From: Candidatus Poribacteria bacterium
GTDB lineage: Bacteria > Poribacteria > WGA-4E > WGA-3G
Assembly (NCBI GenBank): GCA_964291315.2
Contig: OZ219753.1
Location: 2,080,001 to 2,144,000 of the forward strand
DNA length: 64,000 nucleotides
Direction: 5' to 3'
Both the position numbers and the translations under genes were made by a program. The notes under the pieces are model-generated. The model searched no databases. It saw only the letters and a list, made by a program, of their open reading frames with translations, and was not told the origin of the DNA. How positions within the stretch are numbered: position 1 is the first letter of the stretch; the number at the start of each line of letters is the position of its first letter. This document shows positions 1 to 10,859 of this stretch, piece by piece.

Positions 1-99
1 ATAAAAGCCCCAGTAACCTAATTCCTCCTATCGTTGGAACCTCAATTTCTAGACTAAGGTTTCGTAATAACATTCATTGGATTCGCTTTTCTATGTTAA

Positions 100-128
100 A
101 TTATACGCTATTAGACGATTTAAGTCAA
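100..128 (-). promoter_or_regulatory. sigma70-type promoter for the gene downstream of ftsA (gene starts at or just beyond the window edge, probably ftsZ)
   Basis: Minus strand reads TTGACT-17 nt-TATAAT; AGGAGG RBS at ~23-29, and the strand ends ...TTTTAT at position 1. Confidence 0.6.
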
Positions 129-285
129 GTATCCAATAAGTTCAGTCCGGACCATCTATTTTAATTGCGAAGTTTCGAACAGAAAGATAGCTCTTTCAGC
201 AAGATGTCGGGGTTTGGAGTTGGAGTTGAACCAAATAATTCTACAAATTGAGTGTAGATGAAAATCAGTTCATGAAACAAGGGGT

Positions 286-1509
286 TTAATATCCTAGCCA
301 CCTCTTGACTTGTTGCAGGAGAGTTGTGAGCGTATTACCGCGTTGGTGCAAGTGGTTTTCGTGTGCTTGCTGTCTTAAGCTCTCCCCGTAAAGGGCAAGT
401 CCTATGCCAGCTGCATACATCGGATGGTTCACGCGGTCGGTTAACCCTTGTATCCCCTTGGGGTATCCGATTTGTACGCGGAGTTGAAGCATAGCTTCAG
501 CGAGTTCTTGAAGTCCATCAATCAGAGCTGTTCCGCCCGTAAAAACAAGTCCGCCGGGTAAGGGTGTATCTCCCAATTCGTATCCGATGGTTTCAAGGAT
601 TTCGGCCATACGGTATTCGATAATTTGGGCGAGTTCATAGCGATCGATGAAACGCGGTTTGGCCCCTGTAGCTACTGGAATTGGTTGGTCATCGTCCATG
701 GTGACCAATTCTGTCCATGCGCATCCGCGATTATTTTTCAGTTCTTCTGCTTCTGGGAGGGTGACTTTTAAGTATTGCGCGATGTCATTAGTGATATGCT
801 GCCCTCCCACAGGAATTATAGCTGTATGTTGAATAGCATCTTCTTTATAGAAGATGATTTCAGTTGTTCCGTCACCGATGTCAACGAGTGCAATCCCGAC
901 CTCACGTTCATCTCTTGAAAGGACAGCTTGAGATGCAGCAAGAGGCGCTGCGACGAGTGTTTCGACGATCGGTACCCCCGCCTTTTCGATACTATTGAGC
1001 AAGTTCTGAATAGCCGTTGTTCCACCTGTGATGATATAAGCATAGGCCTCAAGGCGTGCCCCGGACATACCGACAGGTTCTCTGATCCGTTTCTGTTTGT
1101 CAACAGCGAAACTTTGTTGAATGACATGTAGATTTTCACGGTCGGATGGAACCGAGATCGCTTTCGCTGCGACCATCGCTCGGTCGACATCCTCATGTGA
1201 GATTTCAGTGTTGGCCACAGAGACGACTCCATGGGAGGTTTGACCGATGATGTGCTCGCCAGAGATTCCGACGCATACAGAGTCTATTTTGACACCTGCC
1301 ATCAATTCTGCACTAGAGATAGCTTTGCGGATCGCTTCGGCTGTCTGATTGATGTCAACAACAACCCCGCCGCGCAGGCCTTTAGAAGGAGCGTGGCCAA
1401 CGCCGACAATTCCTATTTTTTCGGCACTCCCATGTAGTGTATTTCCAACGATTACTGAGATTTTGCTTGAGCCGATATCAAGTCCTGCTATAACGTTCTG
1501 TTTAGGCAT
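286..1509 (-). CDS. ftsA: cell division protein FtsA
   Basis: GLDIGSSK, LVDIGDGTT and VFTGGTAL actin-like motifs; dcw context. Confidence 0.97.
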   Translation of the reverse strand: MPKQNVIAGLDIGSSKISVIVGNTLHGSAEKIGIVGVGHAPSKGLRGGVVVDINQTAEAIRKAISSAELMAGVKIDSVCVGISGEHIIGQTSHGVVSVANTEISHEDVDRAMVAAKAISVPSDRENLHVIQQSFAVDKQKRIREPVGMSGARLEAYAYIITGGTTAIQNLLNSIEKAGVPIVETLVAAPLAASQAVLSRDEREVGIALVDIGDGTTEIIFYKEDAIQHTAIIPVGGQHITNDIAQYLKVTLPEAEELKNNRGCAWTELVTMDDDQPIPVATGAKPRFIDRYELAQIIEYRMAEILETIGYELGDTPLPGGLVFTGGTALIDGLQELAEAMLQLRVQIGYPKGIQGLTDRVNHPMYAAGIGLALYGESLRQQAHENHLHQRGNTLTTLLQQVKRWLGY

Positions 1510-1662
1510 ATAAATTTCACCTCCTTTTCCATGTTCTGAAGAAGTTCAGCACTCCTATAGTCCGAGAGAGATGCTTAATTAAATAGGTCATCTCATAAAG
1601 TACTATGATAAGTAAAAGATAAAGCTTTGTACGCTGCACGATTCAGCATTCATGAAATGGAT

Positions 1663-2676
1663 CTACTTCGCTTCAGCATAACCGCCCAAATAGATTGAAT
1701 CTTCAAATCTTGCGTCGAGATAGGGCTGTGTAACATTTGGAGACACCTTGAGAAGTTCAGACATGTGCACCTTGTGCTGTTTTAGAAGTAGTGTAACATG
1801 ATGAAGCCCAGTCTCAATTGCGTCTCCGGCAATCCAGACTGGCAGCGGCAGTGCTTGGATCTGTATTTTAACTTGCTTCGAACGGCTAGCATCAATGGTT
1901 TCTATTTGCGTTGCGAATCTAGGTTGCTGAAGAGAAGCAATTTTCAAGATTTCCACGGCTAAGGGAACTTCAGAGATTTGAACGCTAGCACCAACTTTTG
2001 GAGGTCTATCACCTGCTGCAAAAATCACAGCCATTTTTCGGAACCGCTGATCTACGGGTAGCCCGGTTTCTCCAACATCTATCGCCTCCAAAACATGGGC
2101 CTCAACATCGAGCAAGAATAATGAACATTCTTGATCAGCAACTGTGCCGGGAACAGGTGGATTTTTGAAACCGTTATAGAACTTAAGCAAGACAAAAGGT
2201 TCACGTTCAGTAATTTCAATAGTGAGTAAACGTTTCATTACACGCTTGGAAACGCTCACTTCTTTAATGTAACTCAGGTTCTCTTTGAGATAAGTTTCTG
2301 TCTGTTTTTCAGAATCTGTAACGATATTGTCTAGCTGTTCAGCTAATATATCATAGATTTGTACTTCTGTATAATGAAGATTGCCAGATAATTGAAAAGA
2401 AATATGTTCAGCGTCAAAAAAGCTGAGCACGATTTTCGCTGCAAAAGCTAAGGTAAGTCCAATAGCGAAAACGAGAATTACCCTTCGGCCCCTATATATC
2501 TTAGCGTTCGGATGCTTCCCAAGTCGCCTTGCAGGCATTGAAGTTTCCCGCATATATGCTTTACGTTTTTTGCGTCGGGAAAAGCCGCCTCGTGTGCTGT
2601 TGGTTGTAGCGGTCCGTTCTCGCCTCGATGTTAATGGAATGTACCTCTGAACAGTTTTCATTTTTCCGGTGCACAA
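1663..2676 (-). CDS. ftsQ: FtsQ/DivIB-like cell division protein (start may be 2661)
   Basis: Basic cytoplasmic N-terminus, single TM, POTRA-like SGNLHYT...IEITEREP, C-terminal YLDARF; lies between murC and ftsA. Confidence 0.75.
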   Translation of the reverse strand: MCTGKMKTVQRYIPLTSRRERTATTNSTRGGFSRRKKRKAYMRETSMPARRLGKHPNAKIYRGRRVILVFAIGLTLAFAAKIVLSFFDAEHISFQLSGNLHYTEVQIYDILAEQLDNIVTDSEKQTETYLKENLSYIKEVSVSKRVMKRLLTIEITEREPFVLLKFYNGFKNPPVPGTVADQECSLFLLDVEAHVLEAIDVGETGLPVDQRFRKMAVIFAAGDRPPKVGASVQISEVPLAVEILKIASLQQPRFATQIETIDASRSKQVKIQIQALPLPVWIAGDAIETGLHHVTLLLKQHKVHMSELLKVSPNVTQPYLDARFEDSIYLGGYAEAK

Positions 2677-2740
2677 TCATAGCGAATTGAAAATAAAAAG
2701 CGGAACTGTTAAAAAAGAAGATACAAAACAGAGGAAACGC

Positions 2741-4108
2741 TTAATTTTCCGCTCGAAGTCTTGTTAAGAATTCTTGTCCTACCTTGCTAATGTCGCCCGC
2801 CCCGAGGGTGATAACAATATCATTTGGATGGGTTATCTCCATGAGAACGTCGACAATTTCATCTGTGTTTGGAACATAGAGGACGTGTTGATGGCCGTGT
2901 GCTTGTATTGCTTGTGCTAATTTGTCTGCTGTGACATTTTCAATAGGAACTTCGCCAGCGCTATAGATTGAAGTAACAATGAGCACATCTGCCTGATAGA
3001 AAGATCGTGAAAATTCATCTGCCAAATCTCTAACGCGCTGGTAGCGATGAGGTTGGAAAACAGCAACGATACGCCGTTTATAACCGTCACGTGCCCCGCT
3101 AAGGGCTGCTTTTAATTTCGCCGGATTATGTGCGTAATCGTCAACAACGACAATATCATTCGCTTCGCCTAGTATTTCAAAGCGGCGGTGTACGCCGGAA
3201 AAGGACTCAAGACTTTCTCGAATTTTGTCAAAAGGGATATTGAATTCGAATCCGACTGCTGTGGCTGCTAAGGAATTCAAAATATTATGACGGCCGGGCA
3301 TTTTCAAATGGATTTCGCCGTGGAGCTTCCCGTTTTTAAGAACTCGATAGCGGGAAGTAGGTCCTTCGACAACAATTCCCTCGGCGATCAAATCTGCCGC
3401 GGTTTCAAGTCCGTAGGTAACATAGTGCTTCTCAATCCGTGGGAGGAACTTCTGAATATTCTCTGCATCCAAACAAAGGACTGCGGTGCCGTAAAAAGGC
3501 ACCTTATTGATGAATTTGAGAAAAGTTTCTCCAATTTCGGTAACGCTGTTATAATAATCGAGGTGATCCGCATCAACGGATGTAACAACTGCCACAGTTG
3601 GATCGAACATCTCAATGGAACCGTATGCTTCGTCGGCTTCGATTACCATGACATCGCCTTCACCACTTTGGGCATGGCTACCGTTCATGAGCTTGCCGCC
3701 GACCACGACTGTCGGGTCAAGGCTCTTAAGAACTGTGGCGGTCATTGCAGTCGTAGTTGTTTTCCCGTGTGTCCCACTGACAGCAACGCTATAATGCATC
3801 CTGGCAATTTCATTAAGCATCTCGGCTCCTCTAACAACAAGGATTTTTTGTGCTTGTGCGGCGCGGAGTTCTGAATTTTCAGCAGGAATAGCTGGCGAAA
3901 CAACGACGACATCTGCACCTTGGATCTGGGCTGCGGCATGTCCATAGAAGACAGTTGCCCCAATACCTTGCAGGTGCGCTGTTGTATCAGATTTCTTGAT
4001 ATCTGAACCTGTCACCTTAAACCCGAAGGCGAGCAAGATTTCAGCAATACCGCTTAATCCAGCGCCACCGATACCAATGATGTGAATATGTCGCGTCTTT
4101 CCAAACAT
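2741..4108 (-). CDS. murC: UDP-N-acetylmuramate--L-alanine ligase
   Basis: HIIGIGGAGLSG, GTHGKTTT, EADE, DDYAHNP, FQPHRY. Confidence 0.97.
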   Translation of the reverse strand: MFGKTRHIHIIGIGGAGLSGIAEILLAFGFKVTGSDIKKSDTTAHLQGIGATVFYGHAAAQIQGADVVVVSPAIPAENSELRAAQAQKILVVRGAEMLNEIARMHYSVAVSGTHGKTTTTAMTATVLKSLDPTVVVGGKLMNGSHAQSGEGDVMVIEADEAYGSIEMFDPTVAVVTSVDADHLDYYNSVTEIGETFLKFINKVPFYGTAVLCLDAENIQKFLPRIEKHYVTYGLETAADLIAEGIVVEGPTSRYRVLKNGKLHGEIHLKMPGRHNILNSLAATAVGFEFNIPFDKIRESLESFSGVHRRFEILGEANDIVVVDDYAHNPAKLKAALSGARDGYKRRIVAVFQPHRYQRVRDLADEFSRSFYQADVLIVTSIYSAGEVPIENVTADKLAQAIQAHGHQHVLYVPNTDEIVDVLMEITHPNDIVITLGAGDISKVGQEFLTRLRAEN

Positions 4109-4259
4109 ATTGTTTTTCCCTTACCCGAGACAACTAGAAACGGTTTTCCCAGCCGACAATCCGTATAGAAACTGTTTACCGAGTTTGATGCTTACAGTTT
4201 CCTTTATTTTTTAACCTATCGCGTGGCAAAAAATTAATCTTAAAGTAAATCAAAAACAG

Positions 4260-5462
4260 TCAAACAGATGAAAGAATAGATTTGGCAATGTGATCGCTGG
4301 CGTGTGGTTTACCGAGTGCCTGACTTGCAACTGCCATCTGTTCGCGTATATTTTCATCAAGTGTGATGTCTACAAGGTTTTGGACAAGGGACTCGATGGT
4401 AAACATGCCCTGCTCAAGCACCACGCCTCCGCCCTTTTTCGCGACAGCATGAGCGTTTGATACTTGGTCATTTCCTGTCTGCGAAGGCAAAGGTATGAAG
4501 ATTGTGGGGATACCACAAGCAGTAACCTCGGAGACCGTCATTCCGCCTGCCCTGCACACCATAACATCTGCTATACTATAAATTTCTTCAACAGTATCAA
4601 AGAAAGGTTGAACGCAATGTCGAAATCCGTGATGTGGTCCAAGCACTTCGCGGTAGGCCGTCTGAACAGTTTGTGCCTCAGCTGTCCCTGTCTGATGCAC
4701 GATTTGGAATTGATCATAAAATTTGAGCAAATGCGGAAGTGCATTCACAATTGCGTCGTTAATAGCTTGTGCACCCTGGCTCCCGCCCATCACAAAGATT
4801 GTTTTCCGATCTGGACACAACCCGAATTTCTGATAAGTTGCCTCAGACTTCGGGAATGTAGAGATTGCAGGACGGATTGGGTTCCCTGTTACCTCCACCG
4901 TCTCGGTGTGTCTGAAGGAATGATTATCATGAAGCGGTTCCATAGCTAGGTAAGCCGTTTTTGCCCATCGTGCCAAGACAGTGTTTGTTAAACCGGCCGA
5001 AGCGTTCTGTTCTTGGACCGCTATTGGAATCTTACACAGGAGCCCTGCTAAAAGCACGGGACCTGAGACATACCCGCCTGTTCCAATAACAATATCAGGC
5101 ATCAATTCCCTCATATAGCGTAAGGACTGTATGAGTCCACGAGAGGCTTTCCAAAGCACTGGGACCCATTGCCAAGTTAGATGTCGCGGAAAACCGGCAA
5201 CGGAGATAGACATAAACCGAAATCCGTGCTGTGGAATCAATTTTGACTCCAATCGATCTCTGCCACCAATGAACACAATATCCACAGTAGCATCCAAACG
5301 TTGCAATGCTTGAGCAATACCGATAGCAGGATAGATATGGCCGCCTGTCCCCCCGCCAGCTATAACCACCTTCTTGTGTGTTGTCGCCTTGCTAGGAGTC
5401 ATTCTATAGAGAATATCAGCATCTGATAAATTTGTATTGCCAAGTTTAGTATCCATCATCAT
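4260..5462 (-). CDS. murG: undecaprenyl-PP-MurNAc-pentapeptide GlcNAc transferase (start may be 5402)
   Basis: GGGTGGHIYP, GGSQGA, CRAGG motifs. Confidence 0.97.
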   Translation of the reverse strand: MMMDTKLGNTNLSDADILYRMTPSKATTHKKVVIAGGGTGGHIYPAIGIAQALQRLDATVDIVFIGGRDRLESKLIPQHGFRFMSISVAGFPRHLTWQWVPVLWKASRGLIQSLRYMRELMPDIVIGTGGYVSGPVLLAGLLCKIPIAVQEQNASAGLTNTVLARWAKTAYLAMEPLHDNHSFRHTETVEVTGNPIRPAISTFPKSEATYQKFGLCPDRKTIFVMGGSQGAQAINDAIVNALPHLLKFYDQFQIVHQTGTAEAQTVQTAYREVLGPHHGFRHCVQPFFDTVEEIYSIADVMVCRAGGMTVSEVTACGIPTIFIPLPSQTGNDQVSNAHAVAKKGGGVVLEQGMFTIESLVQNLVDITLDENIREQMAVASQALGKPHASDHIAKSILSSV

Positions 5463-5526
5463 TAACTGTATGAGAATTTACCCAATTGTATGGTAGAGGA
5501 ACGTTGCGTGGAACTATAAGAGTACA

Positions 5527-6780
5527 CTAGTCTTTAGCTGAATTGGTGGTCCGCGAGATATTCAGCAGTATACCGACACTTATCAAGCTGGTAACGATTG
5601 ATGAACCCCCATAACTGATAAAAGGCAGCGTAATACCTTTTGTCGGTAGTAGACCTGTCACAACACCGATGTTGATGAACGCTTGTAAACCGATCAAAAT
5701 TGTAATGCCAGCAGTAAGTAGAGACGCAAAGAGATCATTTGCGCGTCGCGCGATATGCATCCCACGCCATATAAATAACATGAAGAGAAGCGTTACAGTT
5801 ACTGCCCCAATGAATCCGAATTCTTCCCCTAACACAGCGAAAATAAAATCTGTGTGTGGGTATGGAAGGCGCGATATTTTTTGGAGGCTGCTGTCAATTC
5901 CTGCCCCGAGGACTCCGCCTCCTTCAAGTGCATCAAGCGATCGGGTTAGCTGATAATTTGCGGCATCTGGGGACTTCAACATAGCGAAATAGTCCAAGAA
6001 TCGCTTGAGCCTATAGGGATCCCGAATTATAAGGACGCTGAGAATCCCGCCGCCTACACCTGCAAGTGCAAGTGTATGTAAAATACGGATCCCGCCGATA
6101 AATAGAACAGCACAGACAGTTATGGCCAACAAAAAAGCAGAACCGAAATCAGGTTGGCTTGCAACTAATCCGAAGGCAGCCCCAACAATCAACATATTAG
6201 GCAGGATGCCATTAAAGAAACTTTTGACGCGCTCCGGGTCCCGGCTTATGAAATGTGCTACATGGATGACCAAGGCTACTTTGGCAAATTCAACGGGTTG
6301 GCAATTGACACCTAAGGGCCCGAGACGTATCCAACGGTTAAATCTCCCTCCGTCTGCACCTTGCACGCTTGCCCCCAAGCCTGGCACGAAAACCAATAGC
6401 AGCCCTACAAAGGAGAGTATTAAAAAAAGATTGGCATGTTTTGCATAAATTCTATAAGGTAAATAGGAAGTTACAAACATCCCCGTTAAACCAATCAGGC
6501 AAGCGATAATATGCCTCTGCAAATATTGGTAACTGTAACCATCATAGTGTCTTGAAGAAAGGAGATGGCTTGAGCTGTAAACCATCAAGATACCAACAGC
6601 AATAAGACAGAGGGTGAGTGCAATTATACCTCGATCCATTCGGCCGGGTATCGGGTTTGTAGTATTTTCCGCTACCCATCTCTGTTTTTTTTCCACAATA
6701 TTATAGGAGCTTGTGTTGTTCCAATAATTACGCGTGGACTTATTAGATGTGGATCTCTGCTTATTACGGTTGAATGCCAT
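5527..6780 (-). CDS. ftsW: SEDS peptidoglycan polymerase FtsW
   Basis: RWI..QPVEFAK, QPDFG, HTDFIF, LPFISYGGSS; multi-TM. Confidence 0.96.
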   Translation of the reverse strand: MAFNRNKQRSTSNKSTRNYWNNTSSYNIVEKKQRWVAENTTNPIPGRMDRGIIALTLCLIAVGILMVYSSSHLLSSRHYDGYSYQYLQRHIIACLIGLTGMFVTSYLPYRIYAKHANLFLILSFVGLLLVFVPGLGASVQGADGGRFNRWIRLGPLGVNCQPVEFAKVALVIHVAHFISRDPERVKSFFNGILPNMLIVGAAFGLVASQPDFGSAFLLAITVCAVLFIGGIRILHTLALAGVGGGILSVLIIRDPYRLKRFLDYFAMLKSPDAANYQLTRSLDALEGGGVLGAGIDSSLQKISRLPYPHTDFIFAVLGEEFGFIGAVTVTLLFMLFIWRGMHIARRANDLFASLLTAGITILIGLQAFINIGVVTGLLPTKGITLPFISYGGSSIVTSLISVGILLNISRTTNSAKD

Positions 6781-6811
6781 TATCTCGTTTTTTAACCTCT
6801 AATTTAGAGCG

Positions 6812-8212
6812 TTAAAGTGCTTGAACCGCCTCTTTAAAGGCCGTCCCTCGCGCTTTATAATCAGTGTACATATCAAAGCTTGCATTGGCAGGTGATAAAA
6901 GAACGGTGTCGCCGTCTGAGGCATGTTTGTAGGCGATTTGCACGGCTTCCTCCATTGTTTCGGCCTTCATAATATCTGTTGCACTGGCAAGAGTTTTCTC
7001 GATTTGTTGTGTGTATGCCCCAAGCAGCACAGCTGCTTTAACACGCTTGCGAACGATCTCCGATAGCGGTGTATAGTCGTTTCCTTTGTCATAACCGCCC
7101 ATTATCAGCACAACCTGCTTCTGTATGGATTCAAGTGCTGCTTTAACCGCGGCTACGTTTGTCGCTTTGGAATCGTTCATGAATAAAATGCCGTTTACGG
7201 TTCCGACTGGCTCAAAAGCGTGTGCTAAGGCGGGATGCGCCTTATCAAAATTTCGGAGTGCGGCTTGAATTTGGGTCCCTGTCACCCCTAAGATTTGCCC
7301 TACAGCAGCTGCAGCAAGGGTGTTCAGTACGTTGTGTGCCCCCGGCAGTGGAATCTCCGCCACATCACAAATTTGTTCGCGCTGCTCATTGCACTGGGCG
7401 AAAAGCTTTGAACCATTTTTAAAAGTGCCTGAAAACGCGATACCTTCCCCTACGCCTTTGTCTGTAAAATAGAGAACCTTCGCGGCTGTGGATGCAGCAA
7501 AATCCTTGGCGGAAGCATCCGAAGCATTGAGGATCGTCCAATCGTCTGCGGTCTGATTGACAGAAATTTTTTGCTTTGCCTCTCGATAAGCGGACATTGT
7601 CCGGTGTCTATCCAAATGGTCGCGTGAAAAATTAAGCACAACACTCACGACTGGATGGAAAGTGACAGTGCTTTCTAACTGAAAGCTGCTCGCCTCAACG
7701 ATGACGATGTCTCGGTGTGTAAGATTCTGAACTTCTGCTGCTAAGGGGACACCGATATTTCCTGCGACACAGACGTTCGGGAACCTTCCGTTCTCTTTCA
7801 ATATCGCCGCTGTGAGCAGCGTTGTCGTGGATTTACCTTTCGTTCCAGTGATAGCGACGATAGGTGCTAGACACATTCTTGCAGAAATTTCCAATTCCGA
7901 GAAAATAGGGATCCGCTGCCCTGAGGCTTCACACAGAATCGGAATGTCGAGTGGCACCCCTGGAGAGACAACTACGAAATCAGCGTCAGCGATACATTCC
8001 CTTGGATGTCCTCCAAGATACTTTCGGATTTCGATGGGTACAGAGAAGTCATTAAGTTCAGCAATTTCGACAGATAAGGCTTCAGCTGTGCGCTTATCTG
8101 TAAGGGTGACAATTGCACCTTGTGTGTGTAATAGTTTCGCAGCGGCGACACCGCTTCGATTTAAGCCAAAGACTGTAACACGTTTCTGTTGCAATTGCAT
8201 TTTTGGCTCCAT
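6812..8212 (-). CDS. murD: UDP-MurNAc-L-Ala--D-Glu ligase
   Basis: VSPGVP, GTKGKSTTT, EASSFQL, NDSKATN, LLSPANASFD. Confidence 0.97.
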   Translation of the reverse strand: MEPKMQLQQKRVTVFGLNRSGVAAAKLLHTQGAIVTLTDKRTAEALSVEIAELNDFSVPIEIRKYLGGHPRECIADADFVVVSPGVPLDIPILCEASGQRIPIFSELEISARMCLAPIVAITGTKGKSTTTLLTAAILKENGRFPNVCVAGNIGVPLAAEVQNLTHRDIVIVEASSFQLESTVTFHPVVSVVLNFSRDHLDRHRTMSAYREAKQKISVNQTADDWTILNASDASAKDFAASTAAKVLYFTDKGVGEGIAFSGTFKNGSKLFAQCNEQREQICDVAEIPLPGAHNVLNTLAAAAVGQILGVTGTQIQAALRNFDKAHPALAHAFEPVGTVNGILFMNDSKATNVAAVKAALESIQKQVVLIMGGYDKGNDYTPLSEIVRKRVKAAVLLGAYTQQIEKTLASATDIMKAETMEEAVQIAYKHASDGDTVLLSPANASFDMYTDYKARGTAFKEAVQAL

Positions 8213-8284
8213 GACCCAGCGAGTCTATTTCTTTCGACGAAATCGTAACATATAGTAAGGCGAACTCAGTATAAAACCGTTGTT

Positions 8285-9403
8285 TTACCTGAGTTTCAAG
8301 GTACTTAAAGCTATCAAGAACAAGATAAAACCCATAATCCAAAAACGGATAACGACCTTAGACTCTTTCCACCCTGATAACAAGAAGTGGTAATGGATTG
8401 GGGACATTTTGAACACCCGTTTGCCAAATGTGCGGAACGACCAGACCTGAATAATAACCGATAGCGCTTCGGTGACAAAGATAGCACCTACTATTAGGAG
8501 CAGAAATTCTTGCTTTATAAGCACCGCGACTGTTCCGAGTGTTGCTCCGAGTGCTAAGGACCCGGTATCTCCCATAAAGACTTGGGCCGGATGCCCATTA
8601 TACCACAAAAATCCTAAGCCTGCGCCTACCAAGGCTGCACAGAAAACTGCTGTAACTTCCCCGCTGACGGGTAGATGGAAGATATCCAGATACGTTGCAA
8701 TTTCGCTGTGGCTTGTCATATATCCTACAATGCCGAGCGTCCCTGCGACGAAGAGTGTGCATCCAATTGCTAACCCATCCATGCCATCTGTCAGATTAAC
8801 AGCGTTCGATGTCCCGACTATCACCAATGTTGCGAAAGGGATGAACAGCACCCCTAAATCGGGCTGTATCTCTTTGAAAAACGGTAGACTCAGAGAAGAA
8901 CGTGTTACGAGATCTCCGCCGTGAGCGGTTCCCCAGTGGTAAAGATATATCGCGATTGCCAGCGCCCCAAAGGTTTGGAGTCCAATTTTATGCCATCCGC
9001 GAAGTCCCAACGACTGTTGTTTTACGAGCTTGTTATAATCATCTAGGAAACCAAGTCCGCCAAACCAGAGCGTTGTCAATACCATCAGATAGATATAGGG
9101 CTGATCTAAACGTGACCAGAAGAGTACTGATATTAGGACGGACACGATAATGAGAACGCCGCCCATTGTCGGTATACCTGCTTTGTTCTGATTTTCGGTA
9201 TTCTGCTGGGCCTCTGCCACCTCCTCCTGAATATGCTCTCCGATGCACAGCTGCTTCAACCTTTGTATCATAAAAGGGCCTAAAGCGAGGGAAATCAGAA
9301 GTGCAGTTGCTGTTGCATAAATTGCGCGGAAACTAATATAACGAAAGATATTGAAAGGTGAAAAAATTTCAATCAGATTCTCGAAAAAGAGATGATAAAA
9401 CAT
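8285..9403 (-). CDS. mraY: phospho-MurNAc-pentapeptide transferase
   Basis: PTMGG, NAVNLTDGMDGL, FMGDTGS motifs. Confidence 0.97.
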   Translation of the reverse strand: MFYHLFFENLIEIFSPFNIFRYISFRAIYATATALLISLALGPFMIQRLKQLCIGEHIQEEVAEAQQNTENQNKAGIPTMGGVLIIVSVLISVLFWSRLDQPYIYLMVLTTLWFGGLGFLDDYNKLVKQQSLGLRGWHKIGLQTFGALAIAIYLYHWGTAHGGDLVTRSSLSLPFFKEIQPDLGVLFIPFATLVIVGTSNAVNLTDGMDGLAIGCTLFVAGTLGIVGYMTSHSEIATYLDIFHLPVSGEVTAVFCAALVGAGLGFLWYNGHPAQVFMGDTGSLALGATLGTVAVLIKQEFLLLIVGAIFVTEALSVIIQVWSFRTFGKRVFKMSPIHYHFLLSGWKESKVVIRFWIMGFILFLIALSTLKLR

Positions 9404-9546
9404 ATCTTGTATAGCTTCCGTGCAAATAAATTTAGTTGATTCGCGCCCTGTTTAAGCTCGCCTCCGGCATTCGACTGGATTCGGATTACAAACATCTTGA
9501 AGCTGCTTCCAAGAAACCGCTATACACAGCATATCTTACACCCGTC

Positions 9547-10752
9547 TTACACTGTGCCTCCAAGTTTGTCACCCCTTTTCAATTTAGCGAGACTCGCGCC
9601 TGCTTGGCTTAGAAGATTCGTTGTATAGGTGTAGGTTAATGCATTTTTGTGGGCATGTGCCTTAAAAGCTAAATCAATAAGTGTCGATACAAGTTCCGGA
9701 AATCCTATGTCTTGATGGTGCCACAAGTAGGAACTGTAAGAGCCTGGGATTGTATTAATTTCATTCACGTAAACGTTATGTTCTGCATCTACGAGGAAAT
9801 CAATACGCGCGACCCCGGCACAATCTAAAGTCTGAAAGGCGCGGACAGCGAGTGTTTGTATATGTAACGCTAATTCATCCGAAATGGGTGCAGGAATTTT
9901 GCGATCAGCACCTGCCATTCCAGAATTCTCGTCTTCTTGATGAATGTACTTATCATCAAAACTCAGAAAATTAGTCTGGGTCACGGGTTGCTCACAAACA
10001 GAGGGAATGGGGGTATCTATTCCCATAACAGCACAATTGATTTCGAGTGGTTTCTGCACGGCTTTTTCGACCAAGATTCTACGTGAGTACTGTCCTGCAA
10101 CTTCGGCAGCGGTACAGAGTTCTGTCTGATTTTTAACATAACTGACTCCGATACTTGAGCCACTCATTGCTGGTTTGACAAAGAGGGGGTAGGATAGTAC
10201 AGCGTTTACTTCTTTGAGAATGTCGTCACGCCGTGTATTCCAATCGTGTTGTTTCCAATACACATAAGGTAGGACAGGCATGCTGTTCTGACTCAGGATC
10301 GCCTTCATCATAATTTTATCCATACCGACAGCAGATCCGACGACTCCGGCACCAATGTAAGGTAGATTCATGAGTTCTAGTAACCCTTGGAGTGTGCCGT
10401 CTTCCCCATGCATGCCGTGTATCGCTGGAAAGACAACATCTACAGGGAGCGCGGTTCTTTTCTGAATATCCCGGCCCATCCAGTGTTTACTAGTGATAAC
10501 GAATTGTGGCTCAGGATAAAATTGGACGCTAATTTTGTCAAAATCGGAAGGATGCGGCAGTGTTCCGTCAGTAAAGGCGGACAAGTCGCGCAGGGCATCG
10601 CCGGTTAACCATTCCCCGTTCTTTGTGACGTAAATTGGGACGACATGGTAATTTCCTTCTAGAGCGAGGTAAACCTGATGTGCAGTTACGATTGAGACTT
10701 CATGCTCAGGTGTACATCCACCAAATATGAGAGCTACATTGTGTTTCGACAT
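9547..10752 (-). CDS. ddl: D-alanine--D-alanine ligase
   Basis: FGGCTPEHEVS, HGMHGEDG, GSSIG, omega loop FLSFDDKY, NEINTIPG. Confidence 0.93.
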   Translation of the reverse strand: MSKHNVALIFGGCTPEHEVSIVTAHQVYLALEGNYHVVPIYVTKNGEWLTGDALRDLSAFTDGTLPHPSDFDKISVQFYPEPQFVITSKHWMGRDIQKRTALPVDVVFPAIHGMHGEDGTLQGLLELMNLPYIGAGVVGSAVGMDKIMMKAILSQNSMPVLPYVYWKQHDWNTRRDDILKEVNAVLSYPLFVKPAMSGSSIGVSYVKNQTELCTAAEVAGQYSRRILVEKAVQKPLEINCAVMGIDTPIPSVCEQPVTQTNFLSFDDKYIHQEDENSGMAGADRKIPAPISDELALHIQTLAVRAFQTLDCAGVARIDFLVDAEHNVYVNEINTIPGSYSSYLWHHQDIGFPELVSTLIDLAFKAHAHKNALTYTYTTNLLSQAGASLAKLKRGDKLGGTV

Positions 10753-10859
10753 TTTTTTTTAGGGATTAAAGCTCGTCATCGCTCCATTAAGTTTTGTGGC
10801 GTACTCGCCCATAAGGGATTCGCTTCACAGTGATTTCCGGATGGTTGAAAACGCCAATA

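Noticed and set aside
9547-10752. D-Ala-D-Lac (vancomycin-resistance-type) ligase
   Set aside because: The omega loop keeps KY (FDDKY), as in D-Ala-D-Ala ligases, not the KF of lactic-acid-bacteria D-Lac ligases; no vanH/vanX nearby
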